A stretch of DNA of 50,472 nt from Octopus sinensis (taxonomy: Eukaryota). A model generated the notes under the pieces. That model did no database searches, was not told the origin of the DNA, and saw nothing but the letters and a program-made list of their open reading frames with translations. The DNA lies in NCBI RefSeq assembly GCF_006345805.1, contig NW_021834394.1, positions 1-50,472 of the forward strand, given 5' to 3'. Shown here one piece after another: positions 1-11,915 of the stretch. Numbering within the stretch: the stretch's first letter is position 1; each line of letters opens with the position of its first letter. Both the position numbers and the translations under genes were made by a program.

Positions 1-171
1 TAACCTTGTGCAAAACTTGAAAACACTAACCTCTCATTATTTATGATGCATACAACTGGTGCTCTTATTTCATTTGAGGTGCTGCTCGGTGGGATCGACC
101 CCGAAACTACAAGTTTGCAAGGCTATCTTTTGAACTATATGATCATGCCTGTGTATATTTCTTATTTTATA

Positions 172-297
172 ATAATAATGGTTTCAGATTTTCGCACAAA
201 GCAAGCTATTTTGGGGAGAAGGGTAAATTGATTACTTCGCGCCCCGTACTTAACTAGTATTTATTTATCGACCCCGAAATGGCGGAAGACAAAGACT
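172..297 (-). mobile_element. SINE family B, 3' part (inverted duplicate of 3985-4103)
   Basis: Reverse complement matches the TTTCGGGGTCGATAAA...TTCTCCCCAAA...TTGAAACCATTATT tail seen at 3985-4103 and 4720-4815. Confidence 0.8.
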
Positions 298-309
298 ATC
301 TCGTCATGA

Positions 310-640
310 AGGTACGTGGTATATTTAATGGTGAAAGTTTATCTCCATTTCGTTTTTGGATTTGGTTTGCAAGATTCTTTATGAGTTCGTGTGTTGAAGC
401 ATATTCTGTTGTGTCTGGGGAGAGTCATTCTCTTTTAGTGCCTTATTATTTAACACACTCACCGGTAAAATTTCCACTTATTTCTTATTTTTATTTTCTA
501 AAATTTTCGCTGCGTCTTGCAACCTTTTCAATAGTGTCAAGAGAATTTTCAATAGTCTTTATCTCCATTAGTATTTGTATTGACCAGGATATTGCTGAGA
601 TTGATATTATGGGAAGAAGCTTTATGCAGAAAATGAAAAG
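310..640 (+). pseudogene. R4/Dong-like LINE reverse transcriptase fragment, interrupted by a 208-bp insertion
   Basis: Translates KVRGIFNGESLSP[insert]LVFVL, matching the RGIFQGDSLSPLLFVL RT motif of RLE-type LINEs; uninterrupted copy at 3850-3970. Confidence 0.6.
350..557 (-). mobile_element. Penelope-like repeat (family P1) insertion with 12-bp target-site duplication
   Basis: TTTATCTCCATT at 338-349 and 558-569; single in the paralogous empty site (TTTATCTCCATT on the minus strand, 3929-3940); homologous to 14693-14858 and 34832-34915. PLE assignment is inference. Confidence 0.65.
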
Positions 641-648
641 CAGCTTCT

Positions 649-888
649 TGTGATGAGAGTTACGACGCCCCTTGCGAGAGATAGACTGGTCAGAGTAAAG
701 TATAAACAGTAACGATCCGAGTTCGAGGTTTGGAGTTCGGAAGCGAGGGTAATTCGTGTTAGTCCGCAGTGATGTCGGAAGATGTCGGTTAGTTAGTTCA
801 CAAGGAATATTGATCGCTGGTTCGTTACATTGTTGTTACTGTCGTCTGGTTACCTTGTTTATTGTACGTAACAAACTACCTTGCAACA
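649..888 (+). mobile_element. Gypsy LTR (240 bp), duplicated copy
   Basis: TGTGATG...CAACA termini, followed by TCTG (start of PBS); about 93-95% identical by eye to 3610-3849. Confidence 0.75.
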
Positions 889-1790
889 TCTGCTTCTTGT
901 GATGAGAGTTACGATCGACCCCGAAACTACAAGTTTGTAAGGCTAACTTTTGGACTATATGATTATGCCTGTGTATATATATATTTCTTATTTTCTTTAC
1001 TATTTTCTTGTTTTTATCTTTTGCTACTCGTTGAAACACTAGGGGACGGGCATGAAGCTTTTCTTCATTTAAATTCAAATCTTTTCGCTTTGTCAGATTT
1101 GATTCGTAGTGACAAAAACTTTCTCTGCTACTCTCGTCTCCCGAATTACAAAATTTAACACTGTCTGACTGAGCAAAGTGATGCACATTCCATTTGCAGC
1201 AGCCAAAAAAAAAAAAAAAAAAAAAAAAAAATGAAACAGACAACTGATTTTATCACAATAATAATAATAATAAAAATCACAACAACAACAACAATAATAA
1301 CAATAACAATAACAATAACAATGACAGCAAAATATTAACAATAGAAATTTCCAAACAGCACTCATTACGTTTATTTCTAAGAACGAGACAAGTTGTCAAA
1401 TCAAGGGAGATAATTGGTGTGTTTATCAAACCACATTGTTAAGGCGTCAATTTTTCTCCCGCCTAAAATAAGTGAACATCGCGCGCGGCGCACACAAACA
1501 CATAGACAGACGTTCACATTTACACATATACAATGTGTGATCTTCACTGAATGGAAACACTCATTTACATGTCTTTTAATAGATTATTATTGTTATTTTG
1601 TGAGGGGAGGATCAGTGCTTCTTTCATAAAGACCACTTTTGCGTTATTTCCGAACCGATTTTTAAAAATGTGTTTCCTGATTTTATTTTAGTTTCTGTTT
1701 AGTTTTGTAATTATTATATGAAAGTACGAATATGTGTTTCTATTATACGTACACACATACACACACATATATATAAATATACACACACTA

Positions 1791-1848
<58 letters not shown>

Positions 1849-2227
1849 CGTATGTTTGTACGCATACATACACACACACATAGTCTTCAGCATCTGTTTT
1901 TCATTTTTGTTTTCATTCAAATTCAGATTTTGATATTGTAATTATCAATTTATTATTGATTGTCGTTTTCAATATTTTGCAATTTTCCCCATATTTCTAG
2001 CTCCATGTCGCAGAAACGATGAAAATTTTGGAAGTATACCAAAATTACTTTGACTTATACAAGTGCAATCAGCCGCTTGCGCCCTTGATCCTCGACATGG
2101 CGCATCTTGACTGTTGGTGGCAGGTCCCACTGGAGACGTGGCTCAATCTTCAGATGGTTATGCGGTTGTTTTTTTTATAACGGGCGCTGCATTAAGTGTA
2201 CCATCGATACCAAAAACTAATCACTCT

Positions 2228-2564
2228 TCGCTCATTCCCTCGACTTTGCCTTTCATTCTTTCTGGGGTCGATAAATTGCCAGTTGAGAACTGGGGTCGAT
2301 GTAATCGACTTACACTTTTCCTCACAATTTCAGACCCTCTGCCTATAGTAGAAAGGATTATTATTATTAAAGCGGCGAGATATTAAAATGGTTAGCACGC
2401 CGGGCAAAATGCTTAGCGGCATTTCGTCCGCCTTTACATTCTGAGTTCAAATTTCACCAAGGTCGGCTTTGCCTTTTGGGGTCGAAATATGTACTGATGT
2501 AATCGTTTAACCCCTTTCCTCAAAATATCAGGCTCTCTGCCTCTAGTAGAAAGGATTATTATTC
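2228..2564 (+). mobile_element. Two tandem diverged SINE family B copies (2228-2369 partial, 2371-2564)
   Basis: GTTAGCACGCCGGGC...GAGTTCAAAT head and GGGGTCGA core; both end GCCT(A/C)TAGTAGAAAGGATTATTATT. Confidence 0.75.
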
Positions 2565-2982
2565 GACTTGACTCAAGTTTGATTCTTATTCCTAGTGGAA
2601 ATTACGTGAATAGCGGGTTACTTCCTGTAACCTTACATATCCACATACATTCAATAATGTTTCAAGTGCTCAAAATCCTTCTGATAATCATTCCTGTTCT
2701 AAAGACATTCCATTCAAATCTCCTTCAACAATTTGTCCATATCAATACTGAGAGTCCCTAATGCGCCAATTATTTCGGGCACAACCTTTACAGTTTTCAT
2801 ATTCCAAATTCTCGCGATATCAAATTTTAAGTGATTGTACTTTGTAGTTTGTCATCTTTGTTTACAACCCTGGAGTCAAATGGATACGATAGATCAATCC
2901 GTAAGCAAATTCGCATTTCTTTGACTATTATTGGTATATCTGGTTTATTAATTTTTATCTTATTATCTGTATGAATTGGAAA
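2560..2982 (-). pseudogene. R4/Dong-like LINE restriction-like endonuclease domain and 3' end
   Basis: Minus strand reads PIHTDNKIKINKPDI...IDLSYPFD...KYNHLKFDIARIWNMKTVKVVPEIIGALGT (PD-D-K RLE signature), then a short UTR and TAA-type tail. Confidence 0.8.
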
Positions 2983-3549
2983 AGACACTTGAACATTTCA
3001 GGTGTAAGTTCTTTGAATTTAAAACGTTTCACACATCCTGTTGACTGTTCCTACGTATGTGATAAAATCATCATTCTCGTTTTTCGTTATATTCTAAAAC
3101 TTCATTCGAGTGTTAAATAGAGCAATTTTATCACCGAATATGTTAGACAGTAATTTTATTGTTTCTTTGAAACAGCTTTCTTTGGGATTTGGGGGCGATA
3201 TGAAATTACAGCAACGTTCATGCTCTAACGGAGCTAATTTTCGCAATAACAATCTCCCTTTTTGTTCATCCGACCATCATTTGTAATCTTGCTTAAAAAT
3301 CTCCTCATACCTTCTGTAGTACGGTGCAAAAGTTATACCCTCCTCTGGGTTATAACTGAATTCCTTAATCGACTTCGAAATGCCGTCTGGCGAAAACGAA
3401 CTTACTTCATTTTTGGACTTCTTTGAATAAAGATCCAATAATTGTTGTTGTTTTCTAGTTGTTGCTGGAATAGTTGCTTCTGTTGCTGCTCTTGTTGTTG
3501 CTCTTGCAACTGTATTATGGAAACTAATAGATCTTTCATCATTTAGCAA
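2983..3549 (-). pseudogene. Gypsy (Mag/K02A2.6-like) gag, degraded
   Basis: KEFSYNPEEGITFAPYYRRYEEIF...WSDEQKGRLLLRKL...LFNTR...VNRMCE.FKFKELTPEMFKCL, with stops and frameshifts. Confidence 0.85.
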
Positions 3550-3595
3550 ATTGTATCACGAACAAATTGTTAAATAACCTACGTGAGCTTCGAAA

Positions 3596-3607
3596 TCCTC
3601 GTCGCCA
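3596..3607 (-). promoter_or_regulatory. Primer-binding site TGGCGACGAGGA
   Basis: 2 nt downstream of the LTR; complementary to the ...CCTCGTCG-CCA 3' end of metazoan tRNA-Ser(GCU). Confidence 0.75.
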
Positions 3608-3609
3608 GA

Positions 3610-3849
3610 TGTTGTAAGGTAGTTTGCTACGTACAATAAACAAGGTAACCAGACGACAGTAACAACAATGTAACGAACCAACGGTCAATATTCCTTATGA
3701 ACTAACTAACCGACATCTTCCGACATCACTGCGGACTAACACGAATTACACTCGCTTCCGAACTCCAAACCTCGAACTCAGATCGTTACTATTTATACTT
3801 TACTCTCACCAGTCTATCTCTCGCAAGGGGCGTCGTAACTCTCATCAGA
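3610..3849 (-). mobile_element. Gypsy 5' LTR (240 bp)
   Basis: Ends CAACA directly before PBS and gag; same length as the copy at 649-888. Confidence 0.8.
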
Positions 3850-3970
3850 AGAAGCTCCTTCTCATTTTCTGCATAAAGCTTCTTCCCATAATATCAATCT
3901 GAGCAATATCTTGGCCAATACAAATACTAATGGAGATAAACTTTCACCTTTAAATATACGACGTACCTTC
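3850..3970 (-). pseudogene. R4/Dong-like LINE RT fragment
   Basis: KVRRIFKGESLSPLVFVL. Confidence 0.6.
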
Positions 3971-3984
3971 ATGCCGAGATCATC

Positions 3985-4103
3985 TTTGTCTTCCACCATT
4001 TCGGGGTCGATAAAATAAAATGCTAGTTAAGTACGGGGCGCGAAGTAATCAATTTTCCCTTCTCCCCAAAACAGCTTGCTTTGTGTGAAAATCTGAAACC
4101 ATT
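3985..4103 (+). mobile_element. SINE family B, 3' part
   Basis: TTTCGGGGTCGATAAA...TTCTCCCCAAAA...CTGAAACCATTA. Confidence 0.75.
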
Positions 4104-4104
4104 A

Positions 4105-4515
4105 CTCTTTTACTCTCTCTTTTACTTGTTTCAGTCATTTGACTGCGGCCATGCTAGAGCACCGCCTTCTAGTCGAGTAAATCGACCCCAGGACTTATTC
4201 TTTGTAAGCCTAGTACTTATTCTATCAGTCTCTTTTGCTGAACCGCTAACTTACGGGACGTAAACACACCACCATCGGTTGTCAAGCAATGGTGGGGGGA
4301 CAAACGCAGACACACAAACATATACACACATACATACATATATACATATATACGACGGGCTTCTTCCAGTTTCCGTCTACCAAATCCACTCACAAGGCTT
4401 TGGTCGGCCCGAGGCTATAGTAGAGGACACTTGCCCAAGATGCCACGCAGTAGGACTGAACCCGGAACTATGTGGTTGGTAAGCAGGCTACTTACCACAC
4501 AGCCACTCCTGCGCC
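4105..4515 (-). mobile_element. SINE family A (tRNA-head, ~410-440 bp), full length
   Basis: GGCGCAGGAGTGGCTGTGTGGTAAG head, GTTC(C)GGGTTCAGTCCC B-box-like motif, internal (TA/CA)n, GAAACAAGTAAAAGAG tail; more than 12 copies in the window. Confidence 0.9.
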
Positions 4516-4517
4516 AT

Positions 4518-4525
4518 TATTATCA

Positions 4526-4569
<44 letters not shown>

Positions 4570-4812
4570 ATTGTTATTATTATGATTATTATTATTTTAA
4601 GGCGGTGAGAGGGAAGAATCGTTAGTACTCGGGGCGAAATGCTTAACGGTATTTCGTCCGCCGCTACGTTCCAAGTTCAAATTCCGCTGAGGTCGACTTT
4701 GCTTTTCATCTTTTTCGGGTGCGATAAATAAAGTACCAGTTGAACACTGGGGTCTATGTAATCGAGACATCTCCTTTCCCCAAATTGCCGCCCTTGTGGC
4801 AAAATTTGAAAC

Positions 4813-4857
<45 letters not shown>

Positions 4858-4903
4858 TATTATTATTATTATTATTATTATCATTATTATTATTATTATT
4901 ATT
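4518..4903 (+). mobile_element. SINE family B full copy (4599-4815) embedded in (ATT)n tracts
   Basis: AAGGCGGTGAG head, family B body, (ATT)n on both sides. Confidence 0.85.
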
Positions 4904-4904
4904 A

Positions 4905-5068
4905 GCAGTAGTGGCTGTGTGGTAAGTAGCTTGCTAACCAACCACATGGTTCCAGGTTCAGTCCCACTGCGTGGCATCTTGGGCAAGTGTCTTCTGCTAT
5001 AGCCCCGGGCCGACCAGTGCCTTGTGAGTGGATTGGTAGACGGAAATGAAATAAGCCTGTCGTATATA

Positions 5069-5101
<33 letters not shown>

Positions 5102-5340
5102 CTATATATATATATATATTATATGTATGTCTGTGTCTTTGTTTGTCCCCCTAGCATTGCTTGACAACCGATGCTGGTGTGTTTACGTCACCGTATCTTA
5201 GCGGTTCAGCAAAAGAGACCGATAGAATAAGTACTGGGCTTACGAAGAACAAGTCCCGGGGTCGATTTGTTCGACTAAAGGCAGTGCTCCAGCATGGCCG
5301 CAGTCAAATGACTGAAACAAGTAAAAAGAGAAAAAAGAGT
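4905..5340 (+). mobile_element. SINE family A, full length
   Basis: Same consensus as 4105-4515. Confidence 0.9.
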
Positions 5341-5952
5341 AGTAGTAGAGTGGTAGTCGCAATAGTAGTAGTAGTAGTAGTAGCAGTAGCAGTAGTGGTA
5401 ATAATAGTTGGTTGTAGTATGCTGTTTCAGCGGCATTGATGCATAAAAAGGCAATTAGGATGACTTGTTCTTAAATCTATAATGAATTTGACATTTTTAT
5501 TGAAAAGATTAAATAAAGTATTACCTGATCCAGAAAGATAGCTTGCTGCTTGTCGCATTTCATGTTGTTGTAATTGTTGAGGCTGTTGTATTGGTGGTTG
5601 GTGTTGTTGTAGCTGTTGTTGTTGTTGTATTCCCATTATTGTCGCTGGTTGTTAGTGTTGCTGTGATCATTATGGCTATTGTTATTATGACTGTCGATGC
5701 TGAATTTGATATTATTTTTGTTAATTTTTGCCATTGTTAGTGGTGATATTTCTTCTTCTTCTTCTTCTTCTTCTTCTTCTTCTTCTTCTTCTTCTTCTTC
5801 TTCTTCTTCTTCTTCTTCTTCTTCTTCTTCTCTTTCTCCTTCTTTTGAATGTAACAATTTTTCATTCTTCACATTTTATATTCATTTCTTGTATATAAAA
5901 AAAAATATTCACAAACTTCTTTCCTTCTTTCCATTCACAAACCCACCCACTA

Positions 5953-6032
<80 letters not shown>

Positions 6033-6033
6033 G

Positions 6034-6103
<70 letters not shown>
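5341..6103. repeat. Microsatellite cluster: (TAG)n, (TTG)n-like, (TCT)n 5749-5832, (ATCT)n 5954-6103
   Basis: Directly visible tandem repeats. Confidence 0.95.
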
Positions 6104-6324
6104 CATTGGGTGACTGTTTCCTTGGTCATGATTCATTAATACATCACTCTGCTCTGTTTCACAAAGTCCTTGTGAAAGAATTTGGTACTGCACCTCCCCC
6201 GCAAACACACATACACACACACATTGCTCAATGTTAGGCAAATTAGAAAGGACTGTTTATTACATGTAGAGAATATAGTTTATTATGGTTTAAAACTGAA
6301 GGTGAGAGCTTGTTTCACGCCACC

Positions 6325-6370
6325 GTTTTATCTGAAGATCGCAGTGTCATGAAACTCGAGTCCCGTAAAA
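6325..6370 (+). ncRNA. Degenerate minimal hammerhead ribozyme candidate
   Basis: CTGAAGA(6332)-weak stem II-GAAAC-TCGA-GTC with palindromic stem III ACTCGAGT; stems I and II eroded. Confidence 0.35.
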
Positions 6371-6820
6371 ACCCACGCGCGTACGCACACAGACACACAC
6401 ACACACGTATATGTTCGTTTTTATGTTCAGTTATGATAAAAACAATTTTACATGAATCTGATGTGTTACTCCATACATTTCTAGAATACAAATCTATTAT
6501 TCTTAAGCAAGAATATTGTTGACAGTGACTTCAGTGTTTCGACCAGCTCTACCATAGCCGTTATGCATTTATTAGCGGTAGCATATATTATTTAATAAAA
6601 TAGCGATGCTAATGGGATCGATATTCGATGGAAGAAATATAAATTAGTGAAATAAACGGATATGCTTGCTCCTTCTTTTCTGTTATAATTGTAGATATTC
6701 TGCGGATATTTGTGCATTTCCAGACAGGTGTTTGATATAACAAAACAATCTATGTGATAGCCTGAACAACTGGATGAGCTTAATGGGGTACACTCCAGGG
6801 TTAACACAGAAATGACGATA

Positions 6821-6874
<54 letters not shown>

Positions 6875-7840
6875 GAGTTCCTCTTCCACATAAGTCAAGA
6901 GGACATAAATAAAATCCCCACCCACGTACATCTTGAGGATGGCCGCAAGTTATACGTAGTAGTCGAGGGCAGAAGGCCACGATGCTATACATGTGGCAGT
7001 GAGGCACACCTCAAAAAGGAGTGCAAATCTGCCGCAAAAATTACAACAACAACAACAGCCACAGGAAAAATCACAAAGCCAGGATTATTGCCCACACCAC
7101 AATATGGACAGCTAGTCAGAAGCTGTATGCGAAATGCAGGAAAAACAACAAAGAACAAGCCAACCCAACCAAACAACACCAACACCAGCGCCAAGAACAG
7201 AATCATCACCACCAACAACAAATAAACCAATTCCAACACCAAGAATAACAACGAGAAGACAAGCACCAAGGATGTAGGAGAGACAATAACCACAACAAAC
7301 CCCCCAGCAACACCCTCCCGCGCACCACAACAATATCTACAACCGCACAAACACACCCGACGCTTTACCCTTGCCCCCTGCTGATTCGTCAGACTTTTCA
7401 TCTAACGATGAAAGTTCGACAGAATGGCAAATAGCCACAGGGGTAAAGAAAAAAGATCAAGAAAACCAAACAAGAAATCGCAACCAAAGCAGGGAGATAC
7501 CTGAACCCTGAAAACTCCATACACAACAAAACAAGCACCAACACCACAAAAACAATGCTATCAGCGATAGACACAAAAGACTCCAAACTAATGGAGTACA
7601 TCACAGGATACACAAACATTTGTGAAGATGACTTTAAAAATAGCAATCATCCACGCACACACCACCCAAACACATCAAAATACTACACATCACACAAACA
7701 CAACACCACAAACTCAAAGCCCTCTTCCCAAATGCTGTAGGGGGTTTCCAGAAATATCTGTCCCAAAAACTATATAGAAACCTCCTCGAAGACACATCAA
7801 AGAACGAGAAGCCAAAACTTTCGACACACAGTAAGTAACT
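6875..7840 (+). pseudogene. LINE ORF1 C-terminal part (gag-like CCHC)
   Basis: VVVEGRRPR-CYTCGSEAHLKKEC (CX2CX4HX4C at 6983-7024), followed by a frameshifted T/N/K-rich tail. Confidence 0.8.
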
Positions 7841-7890
7841 CTCTGTACTTTCATTTGTGTGTTTTTAAAGCACACAACCCCAATAGAATC

Positions 7891-10800
7891 ATGGTCAAGA
7901 TTGGTTGTGTGAAATGCGCGTGGCTTGGGGTCTCCTTGGAAACAAGGATACCTCCTAAATGACATCAAGTCACATGATTTGGGAATCATAGCCATAAGTG
8001 AGAGACCAGACTCCACGAGCCATGGGCCCTAAAGTCCATGTTTGGCGGACAGTTTAACATTTATTTCGCTCCCTGTCTGCCGAGGATGGGCGGTAGTGGC
8101 ACCGCGGTACTTTTTCACAAGAGTCTGGATCTCAATGTAAGGACAATATTCGTAGACCCGGAGGGTAGACTGGTCGTCCTGGATGTCGACGGCAGCAATG
8201 GGTGCGCTTTTCGACTCGTATCAGTCTACGCACCGCCCTTAACAGGTCGGGCGGATTTCTTTCGACGTCTAGAAGTATTCTTGGGAACGTCTCGTCCTTT
8301 ACTCTTAGTGGGGGATTGGAATGCTACCTTGGACACGCATGTAGACTACGTGGGTAGAGACAGAAACAGAAGGGGATGCAAATGCCTCAGAGACCTGCTC
8401 AGACGATTCCAACTGTCTGACAGGTACCGACTCGACCACCCAAATGCACCAACGTGGACATGGAGCAACCGCAGTGGGTCGTCGAGATCGTATCTAGATA
8501 GGATACTGTGTAGGACAGTAGACAAGGATAACTTAGGATGTCCACATTCCCACAGTCAGCTACACGGATCACAAATTGGTGACGTGTACGCTAGACTTAG
8601 ATAAGACACATAGACAGGGTCCTGGGTACTGGAAACTGAACGCATCATTCCCGTCCAGACAAGTTTTCAGAGACCGGATTAGCACACTAGTAAAGAGGGC
8701 TTTGACGGGAGCCATCATCAACAACAAATGGTGGTTTGCCCTCAAGAGAGCAGTAAAAGCAGAAGCGATTAGGTACAGCAAAGCACTAGCCATAGATAGA
8801 AATAGAGTAGAGGGTGAGCTAGTTAAGAAGCTAGAAGAGGCAATTAGAAGCGGCATCGCATCCGACGTTTTGGCGGCGAGGTTGGCCCTCGACCAACACT
8901 TTCACGCCAAACACGAAGGATGTGCTGTCAGAGCTAGGATGCGTGCTCTAAGGAACGAGGTGTTGGAGCCGCGAGAGAGGCCCGGGTGGCAGAGGCGCAA
9001 CAGGGCAACAAAGTCCCCATTCGGTCACTGGAGATGAACAGGGCGCGAATTGTCTCGAGCCAAGTAAAATGTTGTGAGGCCTTTCAGCAGCATTTTGCCC
9101 GACTGTTCGGGACGAGTGGAGGGCAAGAACGTAGGGTAGACTTCAGTGCCTACCTACATAGCCTGCCACGACTCTCGACAAGAAAGGCAGGGTGCTGCGA
9201 AGGTGCCATCACACGGCGGCGGAAGTGCGGGAAGCGATGGCAGAATGCTCGAGGGACAAATCACCGGGTTTGGATGGTCTATACCCTACGAATTTTACTA
9301 TTGTATGCCAGACTTGTTTGGAGACGTCTTGGCAGCGGTATACTGCAACTGGCAGCAAAACGGGAGCATACCCGGTTTTGTGAGTCGAGGAGCTGTAACT
9401 CTGCTGAAGAAAGATCCAAACAAGGGAAACATTATAGATAACTTTAGGCCAATCACTCTGCCAATGCAGACCTGAAAATTTTGACAAAGGTGTTAGCCAG
9501 AGGTTGGCGCTTGTCATGGAGAAACTGGTCGACAACGCACAAACGTGCGCCGTGCCGGGCCGAGCATCCATGACAACCTCCATCTGATGCGCTACATCAT
9601 AGACAGGGTAGTTTAACGAACCTGGCATGGGTGGGCCCTGATCAACTTGGATCAATCGAAAGCCTTTGATAGGGTAGACCATCGATACTTGGAGGCAGTC
9701 CTGAGAGCGGCTGGTTTCGGTCCCGTCTTCCGCGGCTGGATAGCTGCCTTGTACAGGGGCATCCGTTCGGTAATTCGCGTAAATGGACATCTATCGAGAC
9801 CCTTCGACATTGCACGTTCGGGTCGGTCCGTCAGGGATGCCCCCTCTCGGCGCTTCTATACTTATTGACTCTTGAGCCACTACTGCGGAAGCTGGCGACT
9901 CTGAGGGGCATCCCGCGAGAATTAGGATGCGGGACGAGCGTGTCTGCATACGCGGACGACGTCACCGTCATAGTGTCAAGCCACGAGCACATCGAGCGGG
10001 TCGGCGAGACACTGAAGACTACGAAGCGGTGACAGGAGCAAAAATCAACCGGGAAAAGTCAGTGGGCTTGCGGCTCGGCCACCTGGAGAAGCAGCCCATG
10101 CCGTCCACCAGTACCTCCGTCGTGGGACGCTGGACAGACGGCCCGGTTGAGTTGCTCGGGGTCTGGTTCGCGGTCCGGACCTCCAAATGGAGAAGAACTG
10201 GAACGAGATAACGAGTAGGGTGGTCACTCTCGCCCAGCAATGGGCCGAGAGGAAACTGTCCCTAAAGGTCGGGCGGAGGTGGTGAACGCGTACATCGCGT
10301 CCATCATCTACACCGCCTGACCGTCGTACCTTGTCCCGACCCTACCATCACCAAACTAGAACGCATCCTCTTCCGCTTCTTGTGGAAAGGATGCGTCCCG
10401 ATGGTCAGGCGATCCATTTGCTGTCAACACCCCCGTTAAAAGGAGGGCTGGGCATGCGCCGTGGTTGATGATGCGCAGACACGCGCTGAGACTGCGACAT
10501 CTCCGGCTCTATGTAGACGACGGTGAACAGGTGTGGTCGCCGTTTGTGAGGCACGCATTCCCCGCAACTCGTCTCCATGACCGAACTACAGTCGTGGATC
10601 AAAAGAGGCCGAAGAAGGGCGAATGGCACCGCGAGTGTCGCGTTGCTCTCAAGCAACTCTGCCGTCCCGGGTCGACCTTGAGTGACTTCAACACAACCAA
10701 AGCATTCTATAGGGGATTAGTGGAGGGGAGGTACGACGACGAGCTCGGGGCAAACCTGGGCGTCGACGAGGAATACCTGACCCGCCTGTTTCAAACGACT

Positions 10801-11333
10801 TTCGGCCCGGGACCTATGGACAACTTCCAGAGATCCCTGCCTGGCGGTGCTACCGAGAAGCGCTACCCGTTCGGGATAAGCTCTATAGGCATGGCTCGAT
10901 AAACACGGGGCCGACCTGCCCAGATTCGGCGAACGACGAAACCGCTCTGCACGCAATCGTGCAGTGTCCAGCAATTTCCCACCTGTGGGCTTATGTCGAA
11001 CACTGCTGTCACGTGTGGGACGTGTCGGTTTATCAGCCGAGTCTATCGTTAATATCGTCACGCCTCCTTCCTTCAAACGGGAAGGAAGAGCTATTTTTAT
11101 CATACTTGTGGCTATGGCGAAAGAATGTATCTGGTGGACGCGTCTGAAAGGATTAGAGACAAACACTTTCCTCTCTGGTCAATCTCTCATCAACTTCTTC
11201 AAGTATCACTTGAAGAAAAAAAAGTGAGAGTAGAGAGGCAAGTTTTGTCTAGTGAATGTTTTAAAAAAAGATGGGTGAATGTAGCAAGGATGGCCGTATG
11301 AATGACGAAGCCACCTTGACTATGATTCTATGA
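7891..11333 (+). pseudogene. LINE ORF2 (APE endonuclease - reverse transcriptase - zinc finger), multiply frameshifted
   Basis: ATG at 7891, (N)ARGL...IAISE, YAP, LVGDWNA, YLDRI; NFRPIT, DQSKAFDRVDH (9650), RQGCPLS (9829), YADD (9949-9960); ETALHAIVQCP. Confidence 0.92.
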
Positions 11334-11623
11334 ACCGTAAAATTTAATACAGAGAGTTGCTTATTTGCAAAAAAAAAAAGAAATATAACATGTGACTTCA
11401 TTGACCGAGGTTACCGTGGTCTTTTCCGTAGGCTTTTCTTTCCACGGGTAAACCCTCACCTGTCCTCCCCTTTACACTTCATATTGACATTTCTGTGATA
11501 ACGATCCCTATTGATCATTTTTTTTCCTCCCCCCTTTTTTTTTACCCCCCCTTTTTTTTGTCCTCTTTCTCTCCTTTTACGATCCCTTTTGATCGACCCC
11601 CTTTTTTTTTTTTTTTTTTTTTT

Positions 11624-11654
<31 letters not shown>

Positions 11655-11749
11655 TTATTATTTTTTTTTTTTTTAAACCTTCAAAAGAAAAGCTCTACCT
11701 TGTAATTTGTTCTATCTGTGTGCAGCCCTGTGTGGCTAATAAAGAAACA

Positions 11750-11786
<37 letters not shown>

Positions 11787-11807
11787 CTCTATCTATCTCT
11801 ATTCCTA

Positions 11808-11845
<38 letters not shown>

Positions 11846-11848
<3 letters not shown>

Positions 11849-11915
11849 TCATCATCGTAACGTCCGCTTTCCATGCTGCATGGGTTGGACGATTTGACTG
11901 AGGACTAGCGAATCA
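11846..11915 (-). mobile_element. Probable RTE-type LINE 3' terminus
   Basis: Minus strand ends GCATGGAAAGCGGACGTTACGATGATGATG, a (GAT)n-tailed end that I recall as common in octopus; unverified. Confidence 0.4.

Larger units (their letters stand above)
6875..11750 (+). mobile_element. Tx1/L1-clade non-LTR retrotransposon, 5'-truncated, flanked by (TATC)n
   Basis: ORF1 zinc knuckle, ORF2 APE+RT+C-terminal Cys/His motif, 3' UTR with AATAAA at 11738; (TATC)n at 6821-6874 and 11750-11810. Confidence 0.9.

Noticed and set aside
893-945. GTGATGAG...GAAACTACAAGTTTG looked like a hammerhead
   Set aside because: The 5' half is re-copied LTR sequence joined at a rearrangement, stem II does not pair, and the 92-125 paralog lacks the core
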